Positions 37,022 through 46,131 of a stretch of 52,255 nt of DNA are shown here, piece after piece (position 1 is the stretch's first letter; each line of letters opens with the position of its first letter). Location: the IMG/VR virus record IMGVR_UViG_3300025154_000016, positions 1 to 52,255 of that record, one strand, 5' to 3'. The translations under genes were made by a program, and so were the position numbers. Below the pieces are notes generated by a model. That model ran no database searches. It saw only the letters and a list, made by a program, of their open reading frames with translations, and was not told the DNA's origin. This DNA comes from a virus. Taxonomy: Duplodnaviria; Caudoviricetes.

Positions 37022-37201
37022 ATGTCGCGACCCTTACTTGCCATAAAGAAAAAGTGTTTAGAAGATTGTTGTGCCGGAGATTATACAGAATGGAAAGAAT
37101 GTCCAATCAAAGATTGTGCGTTATTTCCCTATCGATTAGGACATAATGAAAAACGAAAAGGAATTGGGAACCATAATGCCCAAGCCCCCAAAAAAACATG
37201 A
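37022..37201 (+). CDS. Small Cys-rich phage protein (59 aa, not in the ORF track)
   Basis: MSRPLLAIKKKCLEDCCAGDYTEWKECPIKDCALFPYRLG matches the common phage AIr.kCldC...C....CpL.pyR.G pattern. Confidence 0.7.
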   Translation: MSRPLLAIKKKCLEDCCAGDYTEWKECPIKDCALFPYRLGHNEKRKGIGNHNAQAPKKT

Positions 37202-37473
37202 ACTCAAGTTAATCTTTTTTTACGTAATTTTCTATTTCATGAATCAATTCACAGAACCACCATATTTTTAGTTCTGTTGTGAGATCTTGAATGTGATCAG
37301 GATCAAAAGTGACCATGTGTTCACCCCTATGGGATATCGTGATCAGATATAAAAAGATAGCGCTTAGAAAAAATAAAAAAGCATTCTAAAGGGTCCAGCT
37401 TTAGAACTGCAATGAATGAAAACGACTTCCAATCTTATAAGAAAAAGAAGGAAAAAAGGGTATTTATAGTTAT

Positions 37474-37716
37474 TTAAAATAGATTCGCTAATTCCTTGGT
37501 CATTTTTTCTTTATTCTCTCGGCTTAAAGGTGGTTGCATGATATATTGTTTCATTTCATCTGGGATGTAATCTGAATCCCAGAAATTAAAGATACCAACT
37601 TTTAAAATTGGAGAATATCCCACATGGATTAAAGCAAATGGGACATTCGAATAAAGCACGTCCCGAATCGCTTCAAATTGTTTATAGTCTAAATTAGGTA
37701 TTTTACACAGTCGCAT
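37474..37716 (-). CDS. Hypothetical protein
   Basis: A strong AGGAGGTGA SD precedes MRLCK. Confidence 0.7.
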   Translation of the reverse strand: MRLCKIPNLDYKQFEAIRDVLYSNVPFALIHVGYSPILKVGIFNFWDSDYIPDEMKQYIMQPPLSRENKEKMTKELANLF

Positions 37717-38053
37717 AGTTGTTTCACCTCCTAAAAGATTTCTTCCCATGATCCGCTTTCTTCAAAGCATTCACAACATGGAAAATGATTTAACATATAC
37801 TCGTTCCATTCCACTTCCGTCTTAATGATGCACGGAGACTTTCGATGAGAACAAAGACAGCGATAGGTATGGGCAGTCGGCTCACTCATGCCTTATCCCT
37901 CTGCATTTAAGAGTTCATCAATACTCATGATACAATCTTCTGCCAATTCAACCGCATCTTCATCGGTATAATCATATGTTGATTTCTTATTGCGATATGC
38001 TTGAATTGTTTTATTAATCGCTTTTCGCATGGCTTCTAAGGCTTTATTCTCGG

Positions 38054-38284
38054 TCATTGATTTTCCCGTTCCTTTTTTAAATTCGTAATCTCTTCCGTTA
38101 ATTCATTTAAGATGAGATTATTTTCTTTAACAATCATTTGTGTAATTCTTTTGATTAATATCTGATCCCAAATATCTAATATTTGATCCCAATCAGTTTG
38201 AGGTAATATATTAATTACAGTGGGAATTTGTTTTAAGACTTCAAACAATTTGGTGGTAAGTTCTTTGATTTCTTCTTTATCCAT
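38054..38284 (-). CDS. Hypothetical protein
   Basis: 76 aa, coupled to neighbouring genes. Confidence 0.55.
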   Translation of the reverse strand: MDKEEIKELTTKLFEVLKQIPTVINILPQTDWDQILDIWDQILIKRITQMIVKENNLILNELTEEITNLKKERENQ

Positions 38285-38805
38285 TATATAATCACTTCTT
38301 TTTGATATTTAGAACATTCACAAAATCCCAGTCGATACCGCCATTTTAATTGATCTAATGGTCTTCCATTTGCCCCACATTCAAAATCACAAATGGGATA
38401 GATTTCTGGATCGGGATGTTCCAAATCTAAATAATCTCTGGTGGGTAAATAATCTGAAAATTGACATGTAAAACATTGGTAAGGAACAATATTGGTTTTG
38501 AATCTATTCCATAATTGAATTAATTTAAGTTGATCCTTTGTTAAAGGTTTTTCTTCTGCTTCTTTGCATTTTTGTTGTAAAATCAAATCATCAGAATCTA
38601 ATTTGGCTTGAATCTCGGCTTTCCATTTAATGGAATCTTCATCCATTTTCATCCATTGTTTCCATTGTTGCACTTTTCGTTCTACCATCTCAAAGAATGA
38701 ATGGGAACTATAATGCTCGTCTTCTAAATCACTAATCATATTCTTCAAATCAGCGATTAATGTATTTTTGTGTTTATGTATATAAATTTCATCCATTATT
38801 AACAC
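38284..38805 (-). CDS. Hypothetical protein with a Cys-rich C-terminus; N-terminus paralogous to 7-186
   Basis: Shares DLKNMISDLEDEH with 7-186 and contains CFTC...C..C...CEC. Confidence 0.7.
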   Translation of the reverse strand: MLIMDEIYIHKHKNTLIADLKNMISDLEDEHYSSHSFFEMVERKVQQWKQWMKMDEDSIKWKAEIQAKLDSDDLILQQKCKEAEEKPLTKDQLKLIQLWNRFKTNIVPYQCFTCQFSDYLPTRDYLDLEHPDPEIYPICDFECGANGRPLDQLKWRYRLGFCECSKYQKEVII

Positions 38806-39013
38806 CTATTATCTTATTCCATAATCTTTCAACATTATATAAACAGATCCATAATAATGAATAAAGATCTTTTTTAGGGGTAAAATAATGCCCATTTCGA
38901 CATAACATATAACCAATATAATCTGAAGTCATATCGGTTTCTTCAGCAATTTCCAATGTCCCACAAATCGGACATTCTAATTCTTTTTGTTGATTTTTTT
39001 TCATTCTATTCAT
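38789..39013 (-). CDS. Zinc-ribbon protein
   Basis: Contains CPIC...CRNGH. Confidence 0.6.
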   Translation of the reverse strand: MNRMKKNQQKELECPICGTLEIAEETDMTSDYIGYMLCRNGHYFTPKKDLYSLLWICLYNVERLWNKIIGVNNG

Positions 39014-39182
39014 TCCACCATTGTTCTTCTTCTAAAATATATTTCTTCATTTCGGCAATCCAAAATCGCAATCCTTTCTTCCAATCTTCTCGTTCTGTTT
39101 GAGAATAATTCTTATCGGCTTGTAATAACTGTTTGAGTTGGGCTATATGTCTGGCTCCATGTTCCAATTTTGATTCACTCAT
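39006..39182 (-). CDS. Hypothetical protein
   Basis: The probable start is MSES. Confidence 0.5.
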   Translation of the reverse strand: MSESKLEHGARHIAQLKQLLQADKNYSQTEREDWKKGLRFWIAEMKKYILEEEQWWNE

Positions 39183-39199
39183 TGTATTCACTTCCAAAT

Positions 39200-39436
39200 T
39201 TATGTTAAAAAAAGCAGGTCGCCCCATAAGGTTAATTGTTGAGGTTCGTTATTGATGGTTTTAATATATTTTAAACCATAGAAATCAATTTTAGGTCGCC
39301 CTTTCATAAAATAACACCTATCACACATATATATAGTAGGTCGTTCGCCGCGATAATAGATTTCATGATAATGCATTTCTAATGATTCTAAACCACACAA
39401 ATTACATTTGTATTTCGTTGGATTCATATCGGACAC
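39200..39436 (-). CDS. Zinc-finger protein
   Basis: Contains CNLC...CDRC. Confidence 0.55.
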   Translation of the reverse strand: MSDMNPTKYKCNLCGLESLEMHYHEIYYRGERPTIYMCDRCYFMKGRPKIDFYGLKYIKTINNEPQQLTLWGDLLFLT

Positions 39437-39569
39437 CCTCGCATAGTATTACAGATTGGACACATATAGAGTTCCACTTTGGGGGTTTTAAAGACTTTCA
39501 CTAATGTCCAATGAATTTTATCCGTAGGAACTATCGAATAGCCTTTTTTACAGATAAAACAAAAAAGCA

Positions 39570-40115
39570 TCATAAAGCGAAACCCTCCCACTTTTCTATT
39601 GGTTGGGTTAACGCCGTCTTCAAATCAATGACTAATATATGATTCGCTTGCATGAATTCATATTCTTGAACCACGCCTTTCGAATATTTTGATTGTAAAA
39701 GATCTATTCTTTCTTTGGTTATTTGCATGCGAATGTATTGCACGGTTTCCGAAGCAGATTCCAGAACCACGCCGACCACGCCCGAATCATAATTCTTCTT
39801 TTTGGAATCACAAGATGCTGTTATGATTTGATTACATGTTGGACAAATACACCGACCTAAAGCATCTTTTTTCATGAATCGAGAGAGATAAAACAAATCC
39901 TCCGCCACGTAGTCGGGTTGAAAGAGTTCTTTGCGTTGTTTAAACTCTTGGGCAGACCGTTCAACTTCAATGCAATGGCTATGCGTAATCGGACTAAAGG
40001 CATGATAGCCCTTTGCATTCAATTCCAGATAGGCTTTGATATTCTCATCTAATGATGCTTGTTCCCGACCCGTATATTTGCTCATCAGATAGCAACAGAC
40101 TTCTTGTGGGTTCAT
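39570..40115 (-). CDS. DUF1937 / nucleoside 2-deoxyribosyltransferase-like fold protein
   Basis: Pattern YLMSKYT...AFSPITHSH...SKGVVQEYEF...HILV, with a Cys-containing insertion. Confidence 0.65.
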   Translation of the reverse strand: MNPQEVCCYLMSKYTGREQASLDENIKAYLELNAKGYHAFSPITHSHCIEVERSAQEFKQRKELFQPDYVAEDLFYLSRFMKKDALGRCICPTCNQIITASCDSKKKNYDSGVVGVVLESASETVQYIRMQITKERIDLLQSKYSKGVVQEYEFMQANHILVIDLKTALTQPIEKWEGFAL

Positions 40116-40306
40116 TGTGATTGCTCCTTTTCCGTTAATGGTAATCCATATAATTCTTCATCAGAAATATGCTCTCGTAATCGATTAAAATAATCCCCCG
40201 TAAAATCTCCCCCATTAAATCGTAAACACCGAAAACAGACTTCATCATCTTCATCGGGAGCATAACGAATACAGAGCCAACATTTCGGATATTCGATTTT
40301 AATCAT
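40112..40306 (-). CDS. Small Cys-rich protein
   Basis: Contains CWLC...CFRC and has a GAGGTG SD. Confidence 0.6.
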   Translation of the reverse strand: MIKIEYPKCWLCIRYAPDEDDEVCFRCLRFNGGDFTGDYFNRLREHISDEELYGLPLTEKEQSQ

Positions 40307-40614
40307 TCATGGGACACCTCGCGGGGTTGCCAATTCTTCATATCATTATCATGTTTTGTTCCCCAACATAAACACCCACCCATTTCCGATTCCTCGCACG
40401 GATGATCTAATTCATCTATAGGCATGTCTTCATCAAGTTCATGTTCTTTATCACAAATCCATGTTTGCCTACACCAACGACATAAAGATTTGAGTTGGGC
40501 GATCTGCTGGCGGATTTCTTTGGATTTCTCTAATAATATATGATTATCTCGAAATATTCCTTTATAAATATCAATTAAATCCAACAATTCTTCTAATAAC
40601 GCTCGATCACTCAT
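40303..40614 (-). CDS. Hypothetical Cys-rich protein
   Basis: The probable start is MSDR, after AGGTG. Confidence 0.6.
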   Translation of the reverse strand: MSDRALLEELLDLIDIYKGIFRDNHILLEKSKEIRQQIAQLKSLCRWCRQTWICDKEHELDEDMPIDELDHPCEESEMGGCLCWGTKHDNDMKNWQPREVSHE

Positions 40615-40910
40615 CGTATTAACACCTTTGTTTCTTTCAAAATTAATTGATTTATTTTTTTCATTTTTATGATTTGTAGATGTATTTTTTGATGGCAGGA
40701 AGCACATAAGGGTATGCATTTGTTGATTTCTTCTTGAATCATTTGATCAGATTTTCCCAGACATGTCCGATAATTTATTTCGAAATATTTTGTAGTTGAA
40801 TCGATATGATGCCAAGCAATATTTATTTTTGTTTTTGTATTATTACAAAGAAAACATGGTTTTCTCCATTTATTATTAAATTCAATTTTTTTCATTAATC
40901 CCAACAACAT
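40611..40910 (-). CDS. HNH endonuclease (second copy)
   Basis: Contains CFLC...WHHIDSTTK...EEINKCIPLCASCHQKIH. Confidence 0.8.
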   Translation of the reverse strand: MLLGLMKKIEFNNKWRKPCFLCNNTKTKINIAWHHIDSTTKYFEINYRTCLGKSDQMIQEEINKCIPLCASCHQKIHLQIIKMKKINQLILKETKVLIR

Positions 40911-40952
40911 TCAATTTTTATTTGTCTGTAGTTTTTGAGAATTAATTTATCA

Positions 40953-41174
40953 TCATTCATTATTATCACTCATGTTTGGTTCTTTTTGAAAAAAATCCCG
41001 TAATGTATAGAGTTCTTTCGGATCAATTTCGGATTCTTTATGCGTAAAATAGATTTCGGTTAATTTACATGCAATCTCTTCTTTTTTCGGATAACAAATC
41101 GCTTTCGCACAAAAATACCCAAAAATCATAAAGATTTGATCGGCTAATTGTTTATTTTCGTCACAAATATTCAT
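40953..41174 (-). CDS. Hypothetical protein
   Basis: 73 aa with a GGAG SD. Confidence 0.55.
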   Translation of the reverse strand: MNICDENKQLADQIFMIFGYFCAKAICYPKKEEIACKLTEIYFTHKESEIDPKELYTLRDFFQKEPNMSDNNE

Positions 41175-41175
41175 C

Positions 41176-41625
41176 TTAAATCTTTCTCCATACTTGATAT
41201 TCTTTCGTTGATCGTAAGGGACAATCGCCCGGCAAACAGATCATCTTCTTTTTCGGATTATAATTACAATCGGAATAACCCTTAAAATAACACGAATGTT
41301 CGAGACGGATACATTTGAACTCGTTACACTCATCGTCATCCATGAGTTCTTTTCCGCAGACTTGAAAATCTTGGCACAATTGACACATGAGACACGCATC
41401 GTGAGGTTTCTTGGATTCGATCTTCTCAATCTCATGTTCCGTTACGGTTATTTCCGATTTCTTAATCTTTATCCGTTCTTTTAAATCGTTCTTCTTATGA
41501 ATCATTTCCATTTCGATATTTTCTAATTGCAATTGCAAATAGGCTAACATCTTTTCTTCTTGGTCTAACGTTTTATTTAAATCTTTCAAATCATTCATGG
41601 TAATCTCTCCTTGCAGAACCGACAT
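41176..41625 (-). CDS. Coiled-coil plus Cys-rich protein
   Basis: A heptad N-terminal half and a multi-Cys C-terminal half. The probable start is 41598. Confidence 0.65.
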   Translation of the reverse strand: MSVLQGEITMNDLKDLNKTLDQEEKMLAYLQLQLENIEMEMIHKKNDLKERIKIKKSEITVTEHEIEKIESKKPHDACLMCQLCQDFQVCGKELMDDDECNEFKCIRLEHSCYFKGYSDCNYNPKKKMICLPGDCPLRSTKEYQVWRKI

Positions 41626-41812
41626 TCATGAATAATCTTATCGGTTTTCATCCAGTTGGTCACTTCAAACCATATCCCGTTTATTTTGAGCATCGTGCCG
41701 CCAAATTCTTTTTCTATTTGTTGCGGACACACATGCCAATCATCAAATTCTTTTTTCATAAAGTAAATAACACACCTTATTATAAGGTTAGAAAGAAGGA
41801 AAAAATAGATTG

Positions 41813-41831
41813 ACCTTATAAATTATAAGGT
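41813..41831. promoter_or_regulatory. Palindromic operator-like site ACCTTATA-AAT-TATAAGGT
   Basis: Perfect 8-bp arms, with a related palindrome ACCTTAT-T-ATAAGGT at 41774-41788. Confidence 0.7.
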
Positions 41832-42545
41832 TTTAGGATATGGTAAAATCGGATATTTCAATTGAGATAATAATTCTTTCTTTCGTTTTTTTTTATATTC
41901 TTTACAAATAGGATTAAGAAAGACATATCTATGTTTAATCGACCGTTCTTCAAAGGATACTTTATCCCCAAATGTTTCTTTAATTTGTTCAATTGACATT
42001 CCATGTGCAAATGTTGCATGATGTTGATTTTCTAATCCTTTTACTTTTGGATCTTGAAATGGAATTGATTTTCCAGTATAATATGCCGAACATGCTTGAT
42101 AGATAATTCCTAAATGATTTTGCTTTGTATCGGCATAACTTACAATAATTTCTTTATCAAGTAAAGGAATTGTGTGCATAACAAACCAAGATTCTCCATT
42201 TTTAGGAACAGATTTATCTATCCAAAGACGGTTTAATTCATAAACATTATGTTGATTTTGTTCTCCCGCAATACCTTTTAGTAGTGTCGAACTTGGACTA
42301 ACTCCATAAGTTATAACTCCTTTTAAGATATTTTGAGGATATTCAAATAAACCAAATGCTTTTGAAATAGGGCATGAACGATGAAGATAATGATTTTTTA
42401 CCACAATATTGATTGCTCTTTGAGAATTAATCATCTTAATATAATATTTATCTTTGAATAATTCTTTGGGTTTTTGAAAAGAATAAAACAAATCTTGACA
42501 ATCAAAGGAACTTATTTTTGAAATTAATTTCGTCATAATAATCAC
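41823..42545 (-). CDS. Mom-family adenine modification enzyme (GNAT-like)
   Basis: Contains HYLH, GVITYG, YELNRLW...KNGESWF, IVSYAD..QNH.GIIYQA...YTG, KHRY and C-terminal PYPK. Confidence 0.85.
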   Translation of the reverse strand: MIIMTKLISKISSFDCQDLFYSFQKPKELFKDKYYIKMINSQRAINIVVKNHYLHRSCPISKAFGLFEYPQNILKGVITYGVSPSSTLLKGIAGEQNQHNVYELNRLWIDKSVPKNGESWFVMHTIPLLDKEIIVSYADTKQNHLGIIYQACSAYYTGKSIPFQDPKVKGLENQHHATFAHGMSIEQIKETFGDKVSFEERSIKHRYVFLNPICKEYKKKRKKELLSQLKYPILPYPKTL

Positions 42546-42593
42546 CTAATAAAGATAATGAAAAAAGATTGAGATAATCTATTATAAGATCGG

Positions 42594-42887
42594 TTATTTG
42601 AGTAAGAACGGATACACTCGTTCCAAATCACTCATCATTTTGAGAATCTTTTCTGATAATGATTCTAAGATCGGATATTCACTATACGAAAAGGTATGCC
42701 ATTGTTCGATAGTAGCCCACATATCCGAATACAAATAATCCGCTTCTTCAGATTCTTTCTCTTGGTTCGTCCATAAATAATTATTGAAATGGATAAACCG
42801 ATTGGACAGATCAGCAAATTTCAACTTAAATGACAAGACCCGTTGATCAGGATGATACATCACAGTTTGACACATAGTTTTCACCAT
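42594..42887 (-). CDS. Hypothetical protein
   Basis: 97 aa with the ATGGTGAAAACTATG leader. Confidence 0.6.
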   Translation of the reverse strand: MVKTMCQTVMYHPDQRVLSFKLKFADLSNRFIHFNNYLWTNQEKESEEADYLYSDMWATIEQWHTFSYSEYPILESLSEKILKMMSDLERVYPFLLK

Positions 42888-43119
42888 AATTCAATAATAA
42901 AAAAATTATTTCGTTAATCCATAGATTAATTCTTCAATGTATAAACATTGGTCAAGGACTTCAACTTCTTTTTCTGTATTGGGAATAAGTTGAAGTGTTT
43001 TTTTTAACATAGATAATTTCGTTTTTAACCGTAAGGTCATATCTTGAAGTATTTCGATTTCAATAAAATCCATACATTTCACTCCTAAAATTAATTAAGA
43101 AATCGAACTATTTAACTCT

Positions 43120-43204
43120 TACTATAGGATTACTATAGATAAGATACTATATAAAGACTTGATAAAATAGAAATATATAAATACTATAGGGTTTACTATA
43201 GTAA
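43120..43204. promoter_or_regulatory. Divergent promoter region with TACTATAG repeats
   Basis: TACTATAG at 43120, 43131, 43182 and 43194, and TACTATAT at 43145. Confidence 0.7.
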
Positions 43205-43213
43205 TAGATTGTT

Positions 43214-43399
43214 ATGAATTCTCAAAAAAAACGAACAATTAGTTTTTATATGCCTAAAGAGATTGAAGGAAATCCCAAAGAAATCCTTCAAGAACTCGGT
43301 CAGTTGTTTATGGCTTTTGCAAGTCATGTCACTGAAGATGATTTAAATGAAATGAAAGAAGCCTATCCTAAAGCATTTAATTTTGTGGAGGCTATTTAA
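43214..43399 (+). CDS. Small putative DNA-binding protein (RHH-like N-terminal strand)
   Basis: KKRTISFYMP forms an alternating beta-strand followed by helices. Confidence 0.45.
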   Translation: MNSQKKRTISFYMPKEIEGNPKEILQELGQLFMAFASHVTEDDLNEMKEAYPKAFNFVEAI

Positions 43400-43730
43400 A
43401 ATGCCAAAATTAATCGCGGGTAAAACGAAAATTATTAAAGAAGAAAAGAAAGAATTATTAAATCCCGACGATGCGGAATGGTATGATCGCGAGACGCTCC
43501 AAGAACTTAAAGTCCAACTGAAAGCAAAACCCGTTAAAGAATCTAAAAAGAAAGCCGACAAACCTTCCTTAATTTCGATAACGGAAAAAGAGAAGTTTAT
43601 CAACTGGCTCCGAACGTCCACTTCGAATAATCCCCAACTCAAACGTATCAGACTCAAAGATGGCGGCTTCCGCGATTGTGTGCCACGAGGGATGATCGAT
43701 TTGTTCAATGAATATGTGGAGGAAACATAA
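43383..43730 (+). CDS. Basic hypothetical protein
   Basis: The probable start is MPKL at 43401, after GGAGG. Confidence 0.6.
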   Translation: MWRLFKMPKLIAGKTKIIKEEKKELLNPDDAEWYDRETLQELKVQLKAKPVKESKKKADKPSLISITEKEKFINWLRTSTSNNPQLKRIRLKDGGFRDCVPRGMIDLFNEYVEET

Positions 43731-44431
43731 TGAAATTCATTCAAACCGATTTTTTTACCTATCCGTTTACCGAAACAATTCAAGGAATAGTCACGGACGT
43801 TCCCTATAAAGGATGTCTGACCAATAAACTCGAAGAAAAAGATTTCGATGTCGCGTGGTTCCTTCAAAAATGTGATGAATTAACTCCCCCAAATTCCTTT
43901 TTAATTACGTTTTCCAATATGGCAATGATTTTAGATATGCGGAGTTTAGCTAAAGATACTAAATGGGAATTTCAAACTTATCAAATCTGGAATAAAGAAC
44001 CTGTGAGAACATGGATTGCATGGTCAAGACCCTTACGCACATGTGAGTTTGTGTTATATTTTACGAAAGGTAATTATAAACTTAATTTTAAAAATGGAGA
44101 AGTTAAACCTATGAAAAAACGGAATTCATTTGGAGGTTCCCTTAAACAAACTAATCCTAATACCAATAAAGAATCATTTGGAATGTATTCTGAAATAGTT
44201 AATTATCATACCCCTAAAACTAAAATTCATCCAACCCAAAAACCAACAGAATTTAGTTCTATGTTTAAGCAAGTGTTGGGAAATCCCGAAGGAATTATAT
44301 TAGATCCATTTTGTGGTTCGGGTTCCTTATTACATTCCTTTTCTAATTCGATTGGCATTGATGTGAAAGATTGGATTTATCCCAAAAATAAAACGCTTGC
44401 ACAATGTATGGAAGAGGTGAAATCTAAGTGA
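43730..44431 (+). CDS. DNA methyltransferase (N4-C/N6-A, beta class)
   Basis: Motif IV variant TDVPY, IHPTQKP, and motif I ILDPFCGSGS. Confidence 0.85.
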   Translation: MKFIQTDFFTYPFTETIQGIVTDVPYKGCLTNKLEEKDFDVAWFLQKCDELTPPNSFLITFSNMAMILDMRSLAKDTKWEFQTYQIWNKEPVRTWIAWSRPLRTCEFVLYFTKGNYKLNFKNGEVKPMKKRNSFGGSLKQTNPNTNKESFGMYSEIVNYHTPKTKIHPTQKPTEFSSMFKQVLGNPEGIILDPFCGSGSLLHSFSNSIGIDVKDWIYPKNKTLAQCMEEVKSK

Positions 44432-45225
44432 TTTTCATGACGGATATTTCGACTGATTGTTCGAACTATTGTTTACTTAATATTAAGAAATATGATGATC
44501 CACGCAAAGCAAAGAAGAAATTAATCTTTGTTGATCCTGATGTGATGAGTTTACGCACCCATCGAGAATATCCTTTAATTGATAAACTTTTATGGTTAGC
44601 TAATGGTCATTTACAACCCAACGAATATTTAGGTTTAGACATGCCTTCCGACATGAATCATCAATATGAAGATGAATTTATTCGCAAATCCATTGAACGA
44701 AATTGGCAATTTAAAGACAATCTGCAATATATTTGTGGGATACAATATAAGTTTTTGGATATAAACAATTTTAAGATTCAAATGAAAGCATTAGAACCCA
44801 TTTATGATCATAAACAAAAGATAGTGGGATTAGGAAATTTATGTCGATTATTATTAGGAAGGCGAAAGAAAACCAATCCCGAATATGTTTACTTTCAACA
44901 AATTATTAATTATATAATTGAGAATAAAGAAAAGTTTTATTGGATTCATATTTATGGCATGTCCAAATTTGCGATTTGTTCATTTATTCCCTTACTGCAA
45001 AAACACGCACCAAAGATTATTATTAGTGTCGATAATACCAAATGGACTAAATGCGGGAATAAAGAATTACATGATAAATATGTCTTACCCAAAGGTCAAT
45101 CGCAATTACTTCCGACTACACATAAAATGACAGGTGTGGGTTGCACAAAAGCCAATCGGAATGAGTTTTTAGAGATTGGATATATAAAAGATTTTAAAAA
45201 AGCAAACATTAAGATTCAATATTAG
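44428..45225 (+). CDS. TGT/DpdA-like (queuine tRNA-ribosyltransferase-fold) protein
   Basis: Contains FVDPDV, LDMP, GIQ, IVGLGNLCR, WIHIYGM and ISVDNTKW, in the order seen in phage DpdA-like transglycosylases. Confidence 0.6.
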   Translation: MIFMTDISTDCSNYCLLNIKKYDDPRKAKKKLIFVDPDVMSLRTHREYPLIDKLLWLANGHLQPNEYLGLDMPSDMNHQYEDEFIRKSIERNWQFKDNLQYICGIQYKFLDINNFKIQMKALEPIYDHKQKIVGLGNLCRLLLGRRKKTNPEYVYFQQIINYIIENKEKFYWIHIYGMSKFAICSFIPLLQKHAPKIIISVDNTKWTKCGNKELHDKYVLPKGQSQLLPTTHKMTGVGCTKANRNEFLEIGYIKDFKKANIKIQY

Positions 45226-45228
45226 ATC

Positions 45229-45987
45229 TTACAAAAACGCCGTGATCTTTTTTCGCTTGTTCTTTTTGTTGCGATCTTGTCCTAATTGAATCCGATGTAA
45301 AATATCTAAATCGTAACCCGCTGGTAATCCTTTATCGGAAAGATTCAATTCGGTACCAATCCATTTAATACCTAACGATTCCCCGACTTCAGCTAAACAA
45401 CCCGATCCCATAAATGGATCATATACTAAACTCGGTTTAAGATCTTGTATCATTTCAGCCCATGTTTTATAATCTTTGGGAGATGGATGGTTGTATTTAT
45501 ATTCTTCGTCTCGCAAGAATCCGTTATGGATATAAGTTTCATAGACATCCCGATGAAATTTATGCTCTTTCCACCATTGCTCGTCCCCAAAACAGTAATA
45601 ATCCATTTTTGCAGAATAGTGAGAGATTTTAGTTGATCCTTGCCCATTTTTATAATAGAGTGTTACCCAGTCAATAGGTTGAAAAGATTCAATCCACCAT
45701 TGTTTATGTTTGCGTCCAACACAGATTATTTGAGCTTTGGAGACCCGTTGGGCTTCTAAAAACCAGTTTATATGAAATTCGGGATTCCATTGATCATTAT
45801 AAGGCACACGATCTTGTTTATGGGCTTTTTGATTAATACCCATTGGTTTTTGGGCATGATCTTGATAATCATGTCCCCATAATGTGTCGGTAAAAATAAG
45901 ATCGATGGATTTGTCGGGTAAGGATTGCATATATTCCAGACAATCTTTAATAATACACATTCCATAAGTGCCTTCAATCAGATTCAT
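45229..45987 (-). CDS. DNA methyltransferase-like protein (beta class) with an atypical motif IV
   Basis: Contains DCLEYMQSLPDKSIDLIFTDTLWG, HPSPK, VYDPFMGSG and WIGTEL. Confidence 0.85.
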   Translation of the reverse strand: MNLIEGTYGMCIIKDCLEYMQSLPDKSIDLIFTDTLWGHDYQDHAQKPMGINQKAHKQDRVPYNDQWNPEFHINWFLEAQRVSKAQIICVGRKHKQWWIESFQPIDWVTLYYKNGQGSTKISHYSAKMDYYCFGDEQWWKEHKFHRDVYETYIHNGFLRDEEYKYNHPSPKDYKTWAEMIQDLKPSLVYDPFMGSGCLAEVGESLGIKWIGTELNLSDKGLPAGYDLDILHRIQLGQDRNKKNKRKKITAFL

Positions 45988-46131
45988 CCTAAAGTCTCCT
46001 CCAAATGGTCTCGGGTATATTCATAGAGTCGTTTAAAACAATTCTTTAAGGTATTGACTTTATAGATGATTTTCTGCCCGTTGGCTTGGGTAATGGTTAC
46101 CACAAATCGACATGTCGAGTGTTGTTTAATA

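Noticed and set aside
40890-40960. Short frame MNDDKLILKNYRQIKIECCWD before the second HNH, as an intron or insertion scar
   Set aside because: It could be a truncated gene or a frameshifted HNH N-terminus, but I found no downstream continuation or bulge-helix-bulge pairing.
43343-43867. 174-aa - strand ORF
   Set aside because: It is antisense to coupled + strand genes that have SD sites and a clear methyltransferase.
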